A stretch of DNA of 64,000 nucleotides from an uncultured Candidatus Saccharibacteria bacterium (GTDB lineage Bacteria; Patescibacteriota; Saccharimonadia; CAILAD01; GCA-016700035). Below, one piece after another: positions 36,977 to 47,896 of this stretch (its first letter is position 1; every line of letters begins with the position of its first letter). Made by a program: the position numbers and the translations under genes. The stretch is taken from NCBI GenBank assembly GCA_964583675.1, contig CAZOVH010000001.1, forward strand, positions 145,754-209,753. Reading direction: 5' to 3'. The notes below the pieces were generated by a model. That model was given only the letters and a program-made list of their open reading frames with translations, ran no database searches and was not told where the DNA came from.

Positions 36977-37852
36977 ATGGCCACTCAAGCAATCGAAATA
37001 TCTGGTCTTACAAAGAAGTTTGGGCAGCATACCGCTGTTGAGGACATTTCTTTTAGTGTAAATAAAGGTGAGATTTTTGGTTTTTTGGGGCCTAATGGGG
37101 CCGGGAAAACTACGACGATTCGCTGCTTGATGAATTTTTTGGAACCAAATAGTGGCCAGATTCGGGTGCTCGGTCACGATGCTCAACGCGAGAGTGTGGC
37201 TGTGAAGCGTGAAATTGGCTACATCGCTAGTGATAATCACTTAGTTGACCGTTGGACTGCGCGCGAGCACGTTGAGTATGTGCAGAATCTACGCGGTGGG
37301 GCCGGGGACTATAAAGGTTTGCTCGAACAGTTCTCACTTGACCTTGATCGGCGCGTAAAAGTGCTGTCTACCGGGAACAGACAAAAGTTGAATATTATTC
37401 TGGGTCTCATCGGCACTCCAAAGGTGTTGGTGCTTGATGAGCCTACACAAGGTCTGGATCCGCTTTTCCAGAACGAGGTCTATCGGGTACTAGAAGATTT
37501 TCGTGCTAGTGGTGGAACCGTATTTATTTCATCTCACAACCTTGCCGAAGTTCAGCGCATTTGTGAGCGAGTGGCAATTATTCGTAAGGGCAAATTGGTG
37601 GCCGTTGAAAGCTTGGAGAGCTTGCGCGAGAAGACCAAGCATATTGTAACTGTACGAAGTAAAAAGACAATTCCGAAGTCTGCGTTAGCAAATGAACAAA
37701 TTGACGTGCGTAGTCACACTAAAAATGAAGTGTCGTTTTTAGTGCAAGGAGATCTCAACCCCATCATCAAGATGTTGAGTAAATACCCGCTGACCGATGT
37801 AGAGATTAGTCATGCCAGCCTTGAGGAAATATTTTTGGAGATGTACGTATGA
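36977..37852 (+). CDS. ABC transporter ATP-binding protein (ABC-2 type)
   Basis: Walker A GPNGAGKTT, the signature LSTGNRQK and Walker B VLVLDEPT are all present. Confidence 0.85.
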   Translation: MATQAIEISGLTKKFGQHTAVEDISFSVNKGEIFGFLGPNGAGKTTTIRCLMNFLEPNSGQIRVLGHDAQRESVAVKREIGYIASDNHLVDRWTAREHVEYVQNLRGGAGDYKGLLEQFSLDLDRRVKVLSTGNRQKLNIILGLIGTPKVLVLDEPTQGLDPLFQNEVYRVLEDFRASGGTVFISSHNLAEVQRICERVAIIRKGKLVAVESLESLREKTKHIVTVRSKKTIPKSALANEQIDVRSHTKNEVSFLVQGDLNPIIKMLSKYPLTDVEISHASLEEIFLEMYV

Positions 37853-38655
37853 ATAGAGTAGTTATCCGCAGGTTTATACGCGATAGGCGCGTTGCACTCG
37901 CTGTCTACACGGTAGGGGCGCTATTGTTTGCGCTGATGTATACCTCACTGTATCCATCGCTAAAATCACAAATGCAAAATTATGACGATATTCTCAAGTC
38001 ATTCCCTAAAGGATTTACGGATGCACTAGGCGTAGAAGATATATCTTTCTCTTCATTTGCTAGCTATTTTAGTGCGGAGTATCTTTCGTTAATTTGGCCG
38101 CTACTTGCCATTATTTTGGCGATTTCCTTTGCAGGAAAAGCCTTAGCTGGTGCGGTTGAAACTGGTACGGCTGGCTTAGAACTTGCGCAACCAGTCAGTC
38201 GCACAGAAATATACGTATCAAAGTATGTGGGTGGAGTGGTGCTCATGACGCTTTTTACAGTGGCGTCAATTTTAGGAGTTATTCCAATCGCAGCACTTTT
38301 TGGAGCAGAATTACAACTTGCAAATTGGCTGAAAGTTTGTTTGCAGTCATGGTTGTTTATCGTGAGTATTTTCTCAATTGCCTTTGCGGCTTCCGCAGCC
38401 TTTTCTGAGCGGGCAAAAATGTATGGTGTGGTCGCCGGCGTTGTTCTATTTATGTATGTCGCACGAGTTATGTCTGGCCTGCTCGATTCGGTCCAGTGGT
38501 TGAAGTATGCATCGATCTTCCATTACTACAATGGACCAGCTGTGCTCACTAAAGGTAATTTTACCGATTGGAGCTGGTTGGTGTTTGTAGTTACGACCGT
38601 GCTGATGTTCTTGGTTGGTTTAGCTATCTGGCGCCGTCGAGATTTCGCAGTCTAG
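37849..38655 (+). CDS. ABC-2 family permease
   Basis: A 6-TM protein translationally coupled to the upstream ATPase gene. Confidence 0.6.
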   Translation: MNRVVIRRFIRDRRVALAVYTVGALLFALMYTSLYPSLKSQMQNYDDILKSFPKGFTDALGVEDISFSSFASYFSAEYLSLIWPLLAIILAISFAGKALAGAVETGTAGLELAQPVSRTEIYVSKYVGGVVLMTLFTVASILGVIPIAALFGAELQLANWLKVCLQSWLFIVSIFSIAFAASAAFSERAKMYGVVAGVVLFMYVARVMSGLLDSVQWLKYASIFHYYNGPAVLTKGNFTDWSWLVFVVTTVLMFLVGLAIWRRRDFAV

Positions 38656-39815
38656 TTTTTAGATGAGGCTTTGCTCGTAGAGAGCATCCAGGCGGTTACC
38701 ATCGAGTTAAGTCGGCGGATTTTATAAGACACTTTGTGGCCAAACGTACCGCCAAAGTGGAAGGCAAGCCATTCGCCAACGCGAGTATAGGCTTCTACAA
38801 AAATTGCTAGATACGGTCGTTGTTTTAGGTTGCGAAGAGCAGAATTCGTTTGCGCGTACATGGAGTCACGAGATTTTCCACCAGTTTTGCAGTACAGAGC
38901 AAAGTGTTCACAGTTATTTGAGATGAGATTATATTTCATTGTTTTGCCGGCTTGCGAAATAGCGGTCTTAATTACGACGTCTATCGGCGCAGCTTTAATA
39001 TCTGGATACACCCAGTGTTGCGGTTCGCGGCCACGTAAAAATTCTTCCCAACTGGTGCGATGCACTATGCTGTCGTCGCGGTAGTGTACAACTTCGTTAT
39101 TACCAATGTAGACACCTAGATGGAAACCCGAGCCAAAATAGCAGGCGTACAATTCACCCTTTTTACGCTTCACAACCTGAGGCTCAATTTCGGTGAAAAT
39201 AATTGGTAGGCTGTTGTTTTTACTGCGGTACGCCATGATGAGCAACATAATGCCGAATGAGATGAGTCGAGCTGCTAAAAGAATAATCACGCCATTCACG
39301 CGTAGCTGAGGGATAAGCACGATGGTACTGAGTCCGAGGAAAAGGGTAAAGCAGGCATTTAGGAAGAATAGAAAGCGTGATTTTATGCCGCGTGATCGCC
39401 AAGCAACGACAAACTGCACGGTGCCATCTATGGTGAATAATATCCCCAATATTAGTGCTACGAAGCCAATTGAGATGTTCTCGTTAGTGAGAAAGATTAA
39501 GCCGGCCCCTATATCAATGAAGGAATGGATCAAAATAAGAACAATCCCACGCAGGCTGTAGCCCTTACTACTTTTTCCGAGAAAGAGCTGCACAAGTTTA
39601 AGTCCACCGCTGGCGATAAGTCCAAAACTTAAAAGGATTTGCAAAGGATCAAAGAAAATAAAAGGTGCCTCTACAATGAGTATGCCGGCAAGTACAAAGA
39701 GCGAACCGATCACTGCAAGGCGAGTGCGATGTTGGCGGATAACTACAAGTTCACTGCTTAGGGCGGCGGTTGTAGATTTTTTGGCGGGCATAATTGTATA
39801 TAAGTATACGAACAC
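38652..39815 (-). CDS. Fusion protein: HdeD/DUF308-like membrane domain + C-terminal LRAT/NlpC-P60 superfamily domain
   Basis: The N-terminal half holds about six TM segments with GxxxG-rich helices. The C-terminal half carries the LRAT/H-REV107 catalytic motif NCEHFALYC and an upstream His (HLGVYIG). The start is either ATG 39791 or GTG 39815. Confidence 0.55.
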   Translation of the reverse strand: MFVYLYTIMPAKKSTTAALSSELVVIRQHRTRLAVIGSLFVLAGILIVEAPFIFFDPLQILLSFGLIASGGLKLVQLFLGKSSKGYSLRGIVLILIHSFIDIGAGLIFLTNENISIGFVALILGILFTIDGTVQFVVAWRSRGIKSRFLFFLNACFTLFLGLSTIVLIPQLRVNGVIILLAARLISFGIMLLIMAYRSKNNSLPIIFTEIEPQVVKRKKGELYACYFGSGFHLGVYIGNNEVVHYRDDSIVHRTSWEEFLRGREPQHWVYPDIKAAPIDVVIKTAISQAGKTMKYNLISNNCEHFALYCKTGGKSRDSMYAQTNSALRNLKQRPYLAIFVEAYTRVGEWLAFHFGGTFGHKVSYKIRRLNSMVTAWMLSTSKASSKN

Positions 39816-39874
39816 TTCTGGTTAAAATACAGCCCCAGATAGACGAAAATTTTTGACGGGTGTAGTATGCACGT

Positions 39875-40945
39875 ATGGTACGCGCAAAAAACATCATGCT
39901 CGAAAGAGCTCGCATTGCCGAGCAGCAGGCTCTGCGTTGGGGAATACTATCGGCCTTGTTGGCTGCAGCGGTGGCACTGGCCTGGTATTTGGGTAAAGGT
40001 GCGCAACTTGTTCCGCTGACAGGTGATCTCTCAATTACACGTTTGGCGGTATATCTAGGTGCATTGGCAAGTTTTCTATTCTTTGCGTATTTCTACCGCG
40101 CTGGTGAACAGTGGCTACATAAAAATACTCAACAACCACTCCCTAAGCGTTGGATTTTTTGGCGCGACACGCTAACTTTGGCGTTTGCATATGCAATCGT
40201 GTCCCTAGCGGCAATGGCTCTAGCGGCCTTTGTGTTTTCAGAAGCCTTTATTGGTCTTGAGTTAGATCCGTATAGTTCGGCATTAGCTGTGGGCGTTGTA
40301 GTGGGTATGGTGGCGTATGTAAATATTAATTTGGCCTATACCGTCTCGGTTAATCGAATTTTGGCAGTATTGGGTATTGTGTTGGTTGGCGGTGTTTTGT
40401 TTGCCATGGTTACCAACGGTCAGGCAGATTGGTGGCAGGTGCATTTTAGCTACCTTGGTATGGCTCAATCTAATGCTGCCCGAGCGTTCAATTTTACCCT
40501 CATCTTCTCTGGCTTGGTGATGCTAGCGCTTACCGAAAACTTGTTTAATACTCTCGCCCCCGCATTTAATGGCAAAAATTCTGGTATGCGTTTTAATGTT
40601 ATAAAGGCAGCTTTTGTGTTTATTGCTATTGCCCTGGCTTGCGTTGGTATTTTTCCGTATGAGGCCGACAGTATAAATGCCACCCTGCATAATCTTTCGG
40701 CGTACGGCATGGTGCTAGGTTTTCTTTTTCTGATTTCTACTTTGCGCTGGACATCTCCTAAACTCTCTCCGGAATTCTTTGTGCTTTCTTATATGATGGG
40801 TGGAGCATTAATAGTCTGTTACGCGCTATTCGCATTTGTAGGTTATTTTAATCTCACAGCTTTCGAACTCTTAAGCTTTGGAATTAGCTTTGCATGGCTT
40901 ATGCTATACCTAAAGAATTTGTCGCAATTAATAGAAAAGAGGTAG
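39875..40945 (+). CDS. Hypothetical polytopic membrane protein (~10 TM)
   Basis: Hydrophobic profile only. Confidence 0.45.
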   Translation: MVRAKNIMLERARIAEQQALRWGILSALLAAAVALAWYLGKGAQLVPLTGDLSITRLAVYLGALASFLFFAYFYRAGEQWLHKNTQQPLPKRWIFWRDTLTLAFAYAIVSLAAMALAAFVFSEAFIGLELDPYSSALAVGVVVGMVAYVNINLAYTVSVNRILAVLGIVLVGGVLFAMVTNGQADWWQVHFSYLGMAQSNAARAFNFTLIFSGLVMLALTENLFNTLAPAFNGKNSGMRFNVIKAAFVFIAIALACVGIFPYEADSINATLHNLSAYGMVLGFLFLISTLRWTSPKLSPEFFVLSYMMGGALIVCYALFAFVGYFNLTAFELLSFGISFAWLMLYLKNLSQLIEKR

Positions 40946-40948
40946 GAA

Positions 40949-41335
40949 ATGGCACAAAATTCTGTACAAAGAAATATGAGTACTTCATCATCTTCGGCGG
41001 AGTGGCAAAATGGCATGTCACTTATCGTGGGGATTGTGATTATTCTAGTCGGCGTCGGATTTCTCTCTGCAATTCTTGCAAAATCCGATACGGCTAACCT
41101 TATACCGCGTCAGTCAGTGCCAATTTTGGTATTCCTCGGGGGAGTAATCATGGCCGGAGCTGGTAAGGCAGCCCAGGGCCTTGGCTTAATGGTGCTTGGT
41201 TTGTTGTTTATTCTTCGTAATATGGGCGTGTTTGCGGTCGACACCTTTGATACGGCTTGGTATGGAATTTTAGTGCTCGTTGGTTTGCTGTTTGTTCTCA
41301 TGGCTCAGGTTAAGCCAAAAGATAAAAAAGCCTAG
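40949..41335 (+). CDS. Hypothetical small membrane protein
   Basis: Three hydrophobic helices, beginning 4 nt after the preceding gene. Confidence 0.4.
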   Translation: MAQNSVQRNMSTSSSSAEWQNGMSLIVGIVIILVGVGFLSAILAKSDTANLIPRQSVPILVFLGGVIMAGAGKAAQGLGLMVLGLLFILRNMGVFAVDTFDTAWYGILVLVGLLFVLMAQVKPKDKKA

Positions 41336-41406
41336 GCGGCTTGTAAGATTTTTCACCAGTTTATGAAGTGCTTATGGTATAATAGTGCTCGTAGATTCGG
41401 GGGATT

Positions 41407-41970
41407 ATGGCTTACGGACCAACGTTAAAAAACACATCAAACCGCACATCAAAGCTGAAATGGCTACTCGTAGCAGTGGTCGTGTTAGCAGTTTTAGGGC
41501 TTGGCGGTTTCTTTGGTTATCGTTGGTATATGGACAGCAAGGCTCAGGACCCAGTATCTGAGCAGAATCAGCAGGAGAGCACGCAGGATGAAGAAGTTGG
41601 CGTACAAGATAATCTCACTCCTTCACCAAGTACAACCACTAGCCCTGCGAGTAGTATTCCAGACCAAGAACAGCAGGCCTCGAACAGTACTGGCATAACA
41701 ATTTCATCACCGAGCACAGGCTCTACTGTGAAAGCCGGCACTAAGCTAGAGGGCACAGCGCCAACTACATACACAAAAGTTTCGTATCGTATTCAAAGCG
41801 ATGAGCGCGGACTGGTTGGACAAGGCGAATTAAATGTCGTGAAGGGTAAATATTCGGGAACAATCGGATCTGGTGGCGCTAGCGGGAATGGCTACATTGA
41901 AGTATTCGTTGTAAGCGCTAATGGTAACGAAGAGAAGCACACAAAAGTAACCGTAAAGTTGGGTGGCTAA
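41407..41970 (+). CDS. Membrane-anchored protein with an S/T-rich linker and C-terminal beta domain
   Basis: An N-terminal TM segment is followed by low-complexity STTTSPASS and a globular C-terminus. Confidence 0.45.
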   Translation: MAYGPTLKNTSNRTSKLKWLLVAVVVLAVLGLGGFFGYRWYMDSKAQDPVSEQNQQESTQDEEVGVQDNLTPSPSTTTSPASSIPDQEQQASNSTGITISSPSTGSTVKAGTKLEGTAPTTYTKVSYRIQSDERGLVGQGELNVVKGKYSGTIGSGGASGNGYIEVFVVSANGNEEKHTKVTVKLGG

Positions 41971-41992
41971 TATGACTTGGAGGGTGAAAACT

Positions 41993-44089
41993 ATGAAGCG
42001 AACTTTTAGCACGCTTGTTGCAAGTATCGGTCTTTTTGCAGTAGTAGTGCTCTTTGCTGCACCGGCACACGCGGCCTATAACTCCAATAATATTATTGAT
42101 GATGGTCGTTTTACGAACCATACAACAATGGACGAAGCCGCCATTCAGGCTTTTATGAATGCACGCAATAGTGGGCTTAAAAACTATGTAGATCCTTCAG
42201 TTAATCAATCGGCGGCAAAAATTATTCGTGATGCGGCTTGGGACTTTGGTATCAATCCTCAAGTCATTATGGCGACCCTGCAAAAAGAGCAATCGCTGAT
42301 GACTAATCCATCGCCATCGGCCTCTAATATTAATTTCGCCATGGGCTATGGCTGCCCAACTACTGGCAGCTGCTCGTACCCAGGGTTTTATCAGCAGGTG
42401 AGGAATGGGAGCTGGCAACTTCGTTTTAATATGCATCGAGCGGCCGGTAACAATGGTACCTGGACCGGTCCATCCGGTGCAGTGTGGGGTAACTCTTCAA
42501 TTTCGTACGCCTGCCGTAATGCGACCAGCTACTACAGCACAGGATTATTTCCGGGGCGCAACGTAACGTTTTACGCTCATACCAACGGTCAAGCCTATGC
42601 CACAATCAATATTGCAAATGCTTCTACGGCGGCCATGTATTGTTATACCCCGCACGTCTATAACCCAAGCGGCGCTCCAGTGTACTACTCAGGTAGTTAT
42701 AACTTTGTAGTTTTTTACGAACGTTGGTTTGGTCCAACAACTGGAGAAGCGTATAAATCTGAGTATGCCGGACAGTCCAGCTATAAAACCCTCTCGCCAT
42801 CAGTAACTACGGCAGTTGGTCATATACGCTATAGAAATATAGGTAATGAAACGTGGTACGACGATATTGGTTTATCTTCCGCTCCGGCAGGCACTAAGCC
42901 AGTCCATCTAGCAACTTCGAACCCACTCAATCGCAGCAGTCCGGTGGGCTACCCATGGGGAGGTGATCGCAATCGACCGACCGGCGCCTTTGCGGCTGTC
43001 TATGAATCTGATGGTGTAACTCCTGCTGCGGATCAGCACAGGGCAGTTACAGGGCAAATTGTTCAATTTAATATTACTTTTGGTGCAGATAATACCGTTC
43101 CGGAAGGTGTCTATCGCGAGTTTTTCCAACCTATCGTTGAAGGTGGATCAACCATGAATACGCCAGGTACTTATCTTGATATAACGGTACAGCGACCTAC
43201 GTATACCTCTCAGTTTTCAGGCCACTGTGCGTATCCAACAATGGTTGCCAATAATAGCTCTGCACCGTGTTTTATGAGATATAAAAATACTGGAAACGTC
43301 CCGTGGTACGATAGCTCCTCTGCGGCAGCAAATAATGCAAAACCAGTTGTTTTGTCTACTGCTAGATCGGTGAATCGCTACAGTCTACTTGGTACCTTAT
43401 GGAACCGTGATCAGAACCGTGCCTCCACCCGCTTTGCAGCAGTGTATGAGGCGGATGGCACAACTCTTGCTTCTAATCAAGCAGTAGCGCAACCTGGTCA
43501 GATAGTGCAATTCAACTTTAATCTTTGGGCTGCCCAAGTGCTTCGGCCAGGTGTCTATCGTGAGTTCTTCCAACCCATCGTTGAAGGTGGTTCAACTATG
43601 AATGACCCCGGTACGTTTATAGACATAACTGTGCAGGCCCCGACATATGTATCTCAATTTGCTGGACAGTGCGCGTATCCAATAATGGTTGCCAATAATA
43701 GCTCTGCACCCTGCTTCTTGCGCTATAAGAACATAGGTAATGTTACTTGGTATGATGGGGTGACGGCTCCAGCTAATGGTGCACGTCCAGTAGTACTTGC
43801 TACTGCGCGATCAATTAATCGCTACAGTCTACTCGGAACTTTATGGAACCGTGATCAGAACCGTGCTTCTACCCGCTTTGCAGCAGTGTATGAGGCAGAT
43901 GGGGCAACCCCTGCTTCCAATCAAGGCGTTGTGCAGCCAGGGCAAATCGTGCAGTATAACTTTAATCTGTGGGCAGCGGCTGTACTTAGCCCAGGTGTCT
44001 ATCGCGAGTTTTTCCAGCCAATCGTAGAAGGTGGAACTACTATGAATGATCCAGGTACGTATATAAATATTACTGTCAATCGTCCATAA
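41993..44089 (+). CDS. Secreted protein: signal peptide + lytic-transglycosylase/muramidase-like N-domain + three tandem ~145-aa repeats
   Basis: The signal peptide is MKRTFSTLVASIGLFAVVVLFAAPAHA. An SLT-like segment follows (ATLQKEQSLMTNPSPSASNINFAMGYG, compare the GH23 E-S catalytic motif). Three repeats share ...QPGQIVQFNFNLWAA.VL.PGVYREFFQPIVEGGSTMNDPGT.IDITVQ.P. Confidence 0.6.
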   Translation: MKRTFSTLVASIGLFAVVVLFAAPAHAAYNSNNIIDDGRFTNHTTMDEAAIQAFMNARNSGLKNYVDPSVNQSAAKIIRDAAWDFGINPQVIMATLQKEQSLMTNPSPSASNINFAMGYGCPTTGSCSYPGFYQQVRNGSWQLRFNMHRAAGNNGTWTGPSGAVWGNSSISYACRNATSYYSTGLFPGRNVTFYAHTNGQAYATINIANASTAAMYCYTPHVYNPSGAPVYYSGSYNFVVFYERWFGPTTGEAYKSEYAGQSSYKTLSPSVTTAVGHIRYRNIGNETWYDDIGLSSAPAGTKPVHLATSNPLNRSSPVGYPWGGDRNRPTGAFAAVYESDGVTPAADQHRAVTGQIVQFNITFGADNTVPEGVYREFFQPIVEGGSTMNTPGTYLDITVQRPTYTSQFSGHCAYPTMVANNSSAPCFMRYKNTGNVPWYDSSSAAANNAKPVVLSTARSVNRYSLLGTLWNRDQNRASTRFAAVYEADGTTLASNQAVAQPGQIVQFNFNLWAAQVLRPGVYREFFQPIVEGGSTMNDPGTFIDITVQAPTYVSQFAGQCAYPIMVANNSSAPCFLRYKNIGNVTWYDGVTAPANGARPVVLATARSINRYSLLGTLWNRDQNRASTRFAAVYEADGATPASNQGVVQPGQIVQYNFNLWAAAVLSPGVYREFFQPIVEGGTTMNDPGTYINITVNRP
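42752..44086 (+). repeat. Three tandem ~440-bp intragenic direct repeats
   Basis: Copies 2 (about 43198-43643) and 3 (about 43644-44086) are nearly identical at nucleotide level over long runs, for example gctacagtctacttggtaccttatggaaccgtgatcagaaccgtgc. Copy 1 is more diverged. Confidence 0.7.
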
Positions 44090-44124
44090 GTAGCTCAGAT
44101 TAAAGTTTTCTTGATATAATTTAG

Positions 44125-45087
<963 letters not shown>

Positions 45088-45103
45088 TATAATTATCTAC
45101 TAG

Positions 45104-45928
45104 ATGGAACACGTTGTAGTCATTCGTCCTAAGAAACGACTCGCAATCGACTGGAAGGAGCTCAAGGAATACCGCGAGCTCTTCTTCTACTTCGCTTGGC
45201 GTGATGTAAAGGTGCGCTACAAGCAAACCGCAATTGGTATTTTGTGGGCAATTTTGCAGCCATTTATTCAGATGGTGGTATTTACGCTGTTCTTCAATAA
45301 AGCTGTGGGTATAGAGACGGGCTCAGCCGTTCCTTATGCAATTTTTTCTTATACTGGCTTATTATTCTGGAACTATTTCTCGCAGGCTTTGCAGCGTTCG
45401 GCAAATAGCCTTGTAGATAATCAGGCTGTTGTAACAAAGGTGTATTTTCCGCGCATTATTCCACCAATTTCCTCCACGATTGTCTCGTTTATAGATTTTT
45501 TGTTTGCGTCGATTATTTTTATAGGCCTCATGATTTATTTTCAGTTTGTACCAACTCTCTTGGGTGTACTTCTAGTAATTCCAGCTATAATAGTGACCTT
45601 CCTAGCTGCTACTGGACCGGGCCTCTTCCTAGCTGCAGTTAACGTGAAATACCGTGACGTGAAGCAGGCATTGCCGTTTCTTATTCAACTAGGCCTGTTC
45701 CTTACGCCAGTTATCTATCCGGTTACAGCCATCCCCGAGCAGTACCAGTGGCTACTGTATTTAAACCCAATGACAGGCGTGATTAATGCAATGCGTGCAA
45801 GCCTACTTGGAGCTGGAGAAATTAACTGGGCCCTTACGGCGCTTTCGGTTGCGATGGCAGTTATTATGTTTATTGGTGGATTGTATTACTTCAAGGGTAG
45901 AGAAAAGGAATTTGCGGATATTATATGA
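45104..45928 (+). CDS. wzm: ABC-2 polysaccharide export permease (Wzm/TagG-like)
   Basis: A 6-TM ABC-2 permease lying upstream of, and coupled to, the Wzt-like ATPase gene. Confidence 0.75.
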   Translation: MEHVVVIRPKKRLAIDWKELKEYRELFFYFAWRDVKVRYKQTAIGILWAILQPFIQMVVFTLFFNKAVGIETGSAVPYAIFSYTGLLFWNYFSQALQRSANSLVDNQAVVTKVYFPRIIPPISSTIVSFIDFLFASIIFIGLMIYFQFVPTLLGVLLVIPAIIVTFLAATGPGLFLAAVNVKYRDVKQALPFLIQLGLFLTPVIYPVTAIPEQYQWLLYLNPMTGVINAMRASLLGAGEINWALTALSVAMAVIMFIGGLYYFKGREKEFADII

Positions 45929-47208
45929 GCAAGCCAGCTATAGAAATTAAGGACCTATCTAAGGCATATATGATTGGTCATGAGCGAGAAGCCATGGCTG
46001 GCACGATGACGTTTCGGGATTCGCTGGTAAATATTGCCCGTAAGCCTTATGAGCTTTTTACTGGCCATCAACTAAAAAAAGAAAAATTCTGGGCGCTAAA
46101 GGATGTCAATCTAGAAATACAACAGGGTGATGTAGTTGGCATTATTGGTCGCAACGGATCGGGGAAATCAACTCTTCTCAAAGTTTTGTCTCGCATAGTG
46201 GAACCAACCAAAGGTGAAGTGATAATGCGCGGCCGCGTCGCGAGCTTGCTTGAGGTAGGAACAGGTTTTCATCCTGAGCTTACTGGACGTGAGAATGTAT
46301 ATTTTAACGGTGCCATTCTTGGAATGACCCGTAAGGAGATACAGTCTAAATTTGATGAGATTGTAGCATTTTCAGAAGTTGAGAAATTTTTGGATACGCC
46401 TGTAAAATTTTATTCTTCTGGCATGTATGTGCGACTTGCGTTTGCAGTTGCGGCTCATCTTGATCCGGATATTCTCATCGTTGATGAAGTGCTAGCTGTA
46501 GGGGATGCGGCTTTCCAAAAGAAATGTTTGGGGAAGATGAAAGATGTGGCTGGGCAAGGGCGAACCGTATTATTTGTTAGCCATAGCATGGATTCAGTAC
46601 GGAAGTTGTGTACAAAGGGGCTTTATATCAAGGCAGGAGAACAGCAAGGTACGATCGAGGATATAGATAAGGCTATAGGGAAATATACAAACGATATATC
46701 TACAGAGCTGAGTACCGAATGGGTTAAAAATGATGAGAATTTTTTCTCGAATGATTGGTATGATATTAATAGTATGAGAATTACTGACTCTAAGTTTAGT
46801 ACTATTAAGAAAATACCTACAAAAGATAGTGAAGCATGGATTGAGATAGAGGGTACCTTCAATAAAATTAGTCCAGAATTGAAGCTGGGTTACACCCTTT
46901 ATTCTGATGAAGGGACAATTCTCTATACTTCTGTGCAGACTGATATTGAAGAGAAAAAATGGCCAAAACTTAAGACTGGTACTTTTAAGCTTCGTTCAAG
47001 ATTACCTTTTTCAATGCTGAAGACAGGAAAGTATATTTTAGAGATGAATTCAAGTATTCATAATAAAAAAATGCTCAGTGGCTTAGGGCTTGAAGCCCCT
47101 AGTATTAGCTTTGAGATTATTGGAGATGCCAGTAAATCCCCCCACTATGTATTGTCTCGCGAGGGGGTGATTGCACCTATAATAACGTGGGAGTATAAAA
47201 ATGATTAA
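45925..47208 (+). CDS. wzt: Polysaccharide export ABC ATPase (Wzt/TagH-like) with a C-terminal ~180-aa extension
   Basis: Walker A GRNGSGKST and the signature YSSGMYVRLAFAVA are present. The beta-rich C-terminal domain is analogous to the glycan-binding module of O-antigen Wzt. Confidence 0.8.
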   Translation: MSKPAIEIKDLSKAYMIGHEREAMAGTMTFRDSLVNIARKPYELFTGHQLKKEKFWALKDVNLEIQQGDVVGIIGRNGSGKSTLLKVLSRIVEPTKGEVIMRGRVASLLEVGTGFHPELTGRENVYFNGAILGMTRKEIQSKFDEIVAFSEVEKFLDTPVKFYSSGMYVRLAFAVAAHLDPDILIVDEVLAVGDAAFQKKCLGKMKDVAGQGRTVLFVSHSMDSVRKLCTKGLYIKAGEQQGTIEDIDKAIGKYTNDISTELSTEWVKNDENFFSNDWYDINSMRITDSKFSTIKKIPTKDSEAWIEIEGTFNKISPELKLGYTLYSDEGTILYTSVQTDIEEKKWPKLKTGTFKLRSRLPFSMLKTGKYILEMNSSIHNKKMLSGLGLEAPSISFEIIGDASKSPHYVLSREGVIAPIITWEYKND

Positions 47209-47893
47209 TCGCCATTATATAAGAAGAAAAGCTAGTGCATTGCGTCATCATACCGAAAAGCATGAAGAAGGAATAATCCCGAAAAGCCTGATAGCTAGGT
47301 ATCTGCCCCCAAATCCTGTAATACTGGAGGCGGGAGCACATGTGGGGACCGATACTTTGCAAATGTGCAGTATGTGGCCAGATGCGAGAATACATGCCTT
47401 TGAGCCTGTGTCAGACATATTCGCGCAGCTAGAAAAAAATACCAAGCATTTATCGATGGTCAACCGTTATAAGCTAGGGCTGGGCAATAAGACTGAACAG
47501 AGAAAAATATATGTTAGTAGCGGCGCCTCAGATGCGTCCAGTTCTCTGCTAAAGCCAAAAAAACATCTAGAGATAAACCCTAAGGTTAAGTTTCAGTCGA
47601 TGGAGAACATTCAAGTAACAACGATTGCCGATTGGGCACGTAAGGAGGGGATTAATAAGGTTGACTTCATGTGGCTCGACCTACAGGGCATGGAGCTGCC
47701 GGTTCTGCAAAATACTGGTTCAATTTTACAGGGCGTGAAGATGATTCTCGCAGAAGTAAGTCTGATTGAGACTTATGAAGGTGTTTCAATGGCAGATGAC
47801 CTTACGAGATTCCTCGAACAGGAGGGTTTTAGGGTCTTGGTTGAGGAGATGCCTTACCCGGATATGGGTGACATTTTATATGTACGGAAATAG
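47201..47893 (+). CDS. FkbM-family SAM-dependent methyltransferase
   Basis: ILEAGAHVGTDTL...FEPVSDIFAQLEKN...YKLGLGNKTEQRKIY is the FkbM pattern. Confidence 0.7.
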   Translation: MINRHYIRRKASALRHHTEKHEEGIIPKSLIARYLPPNPVILEAGAHVGTDTLQMCSMWPDARIHAFEPVSDIFAQLEKNTKHLSMVNRYKLGLGNKTEQRKIYVSSGASDASSSLLKPKKHLEINPKVKFQSMENIQVTTIADWARKEGINKVDFMWLDLQGMELPVLQNTGSILQGVKMILAEVSLIETYEGVSMADDLTRFLEQEGFRVLVEEMPYPDMGDILYVRK

Positions 47894-47896
47894 TAC

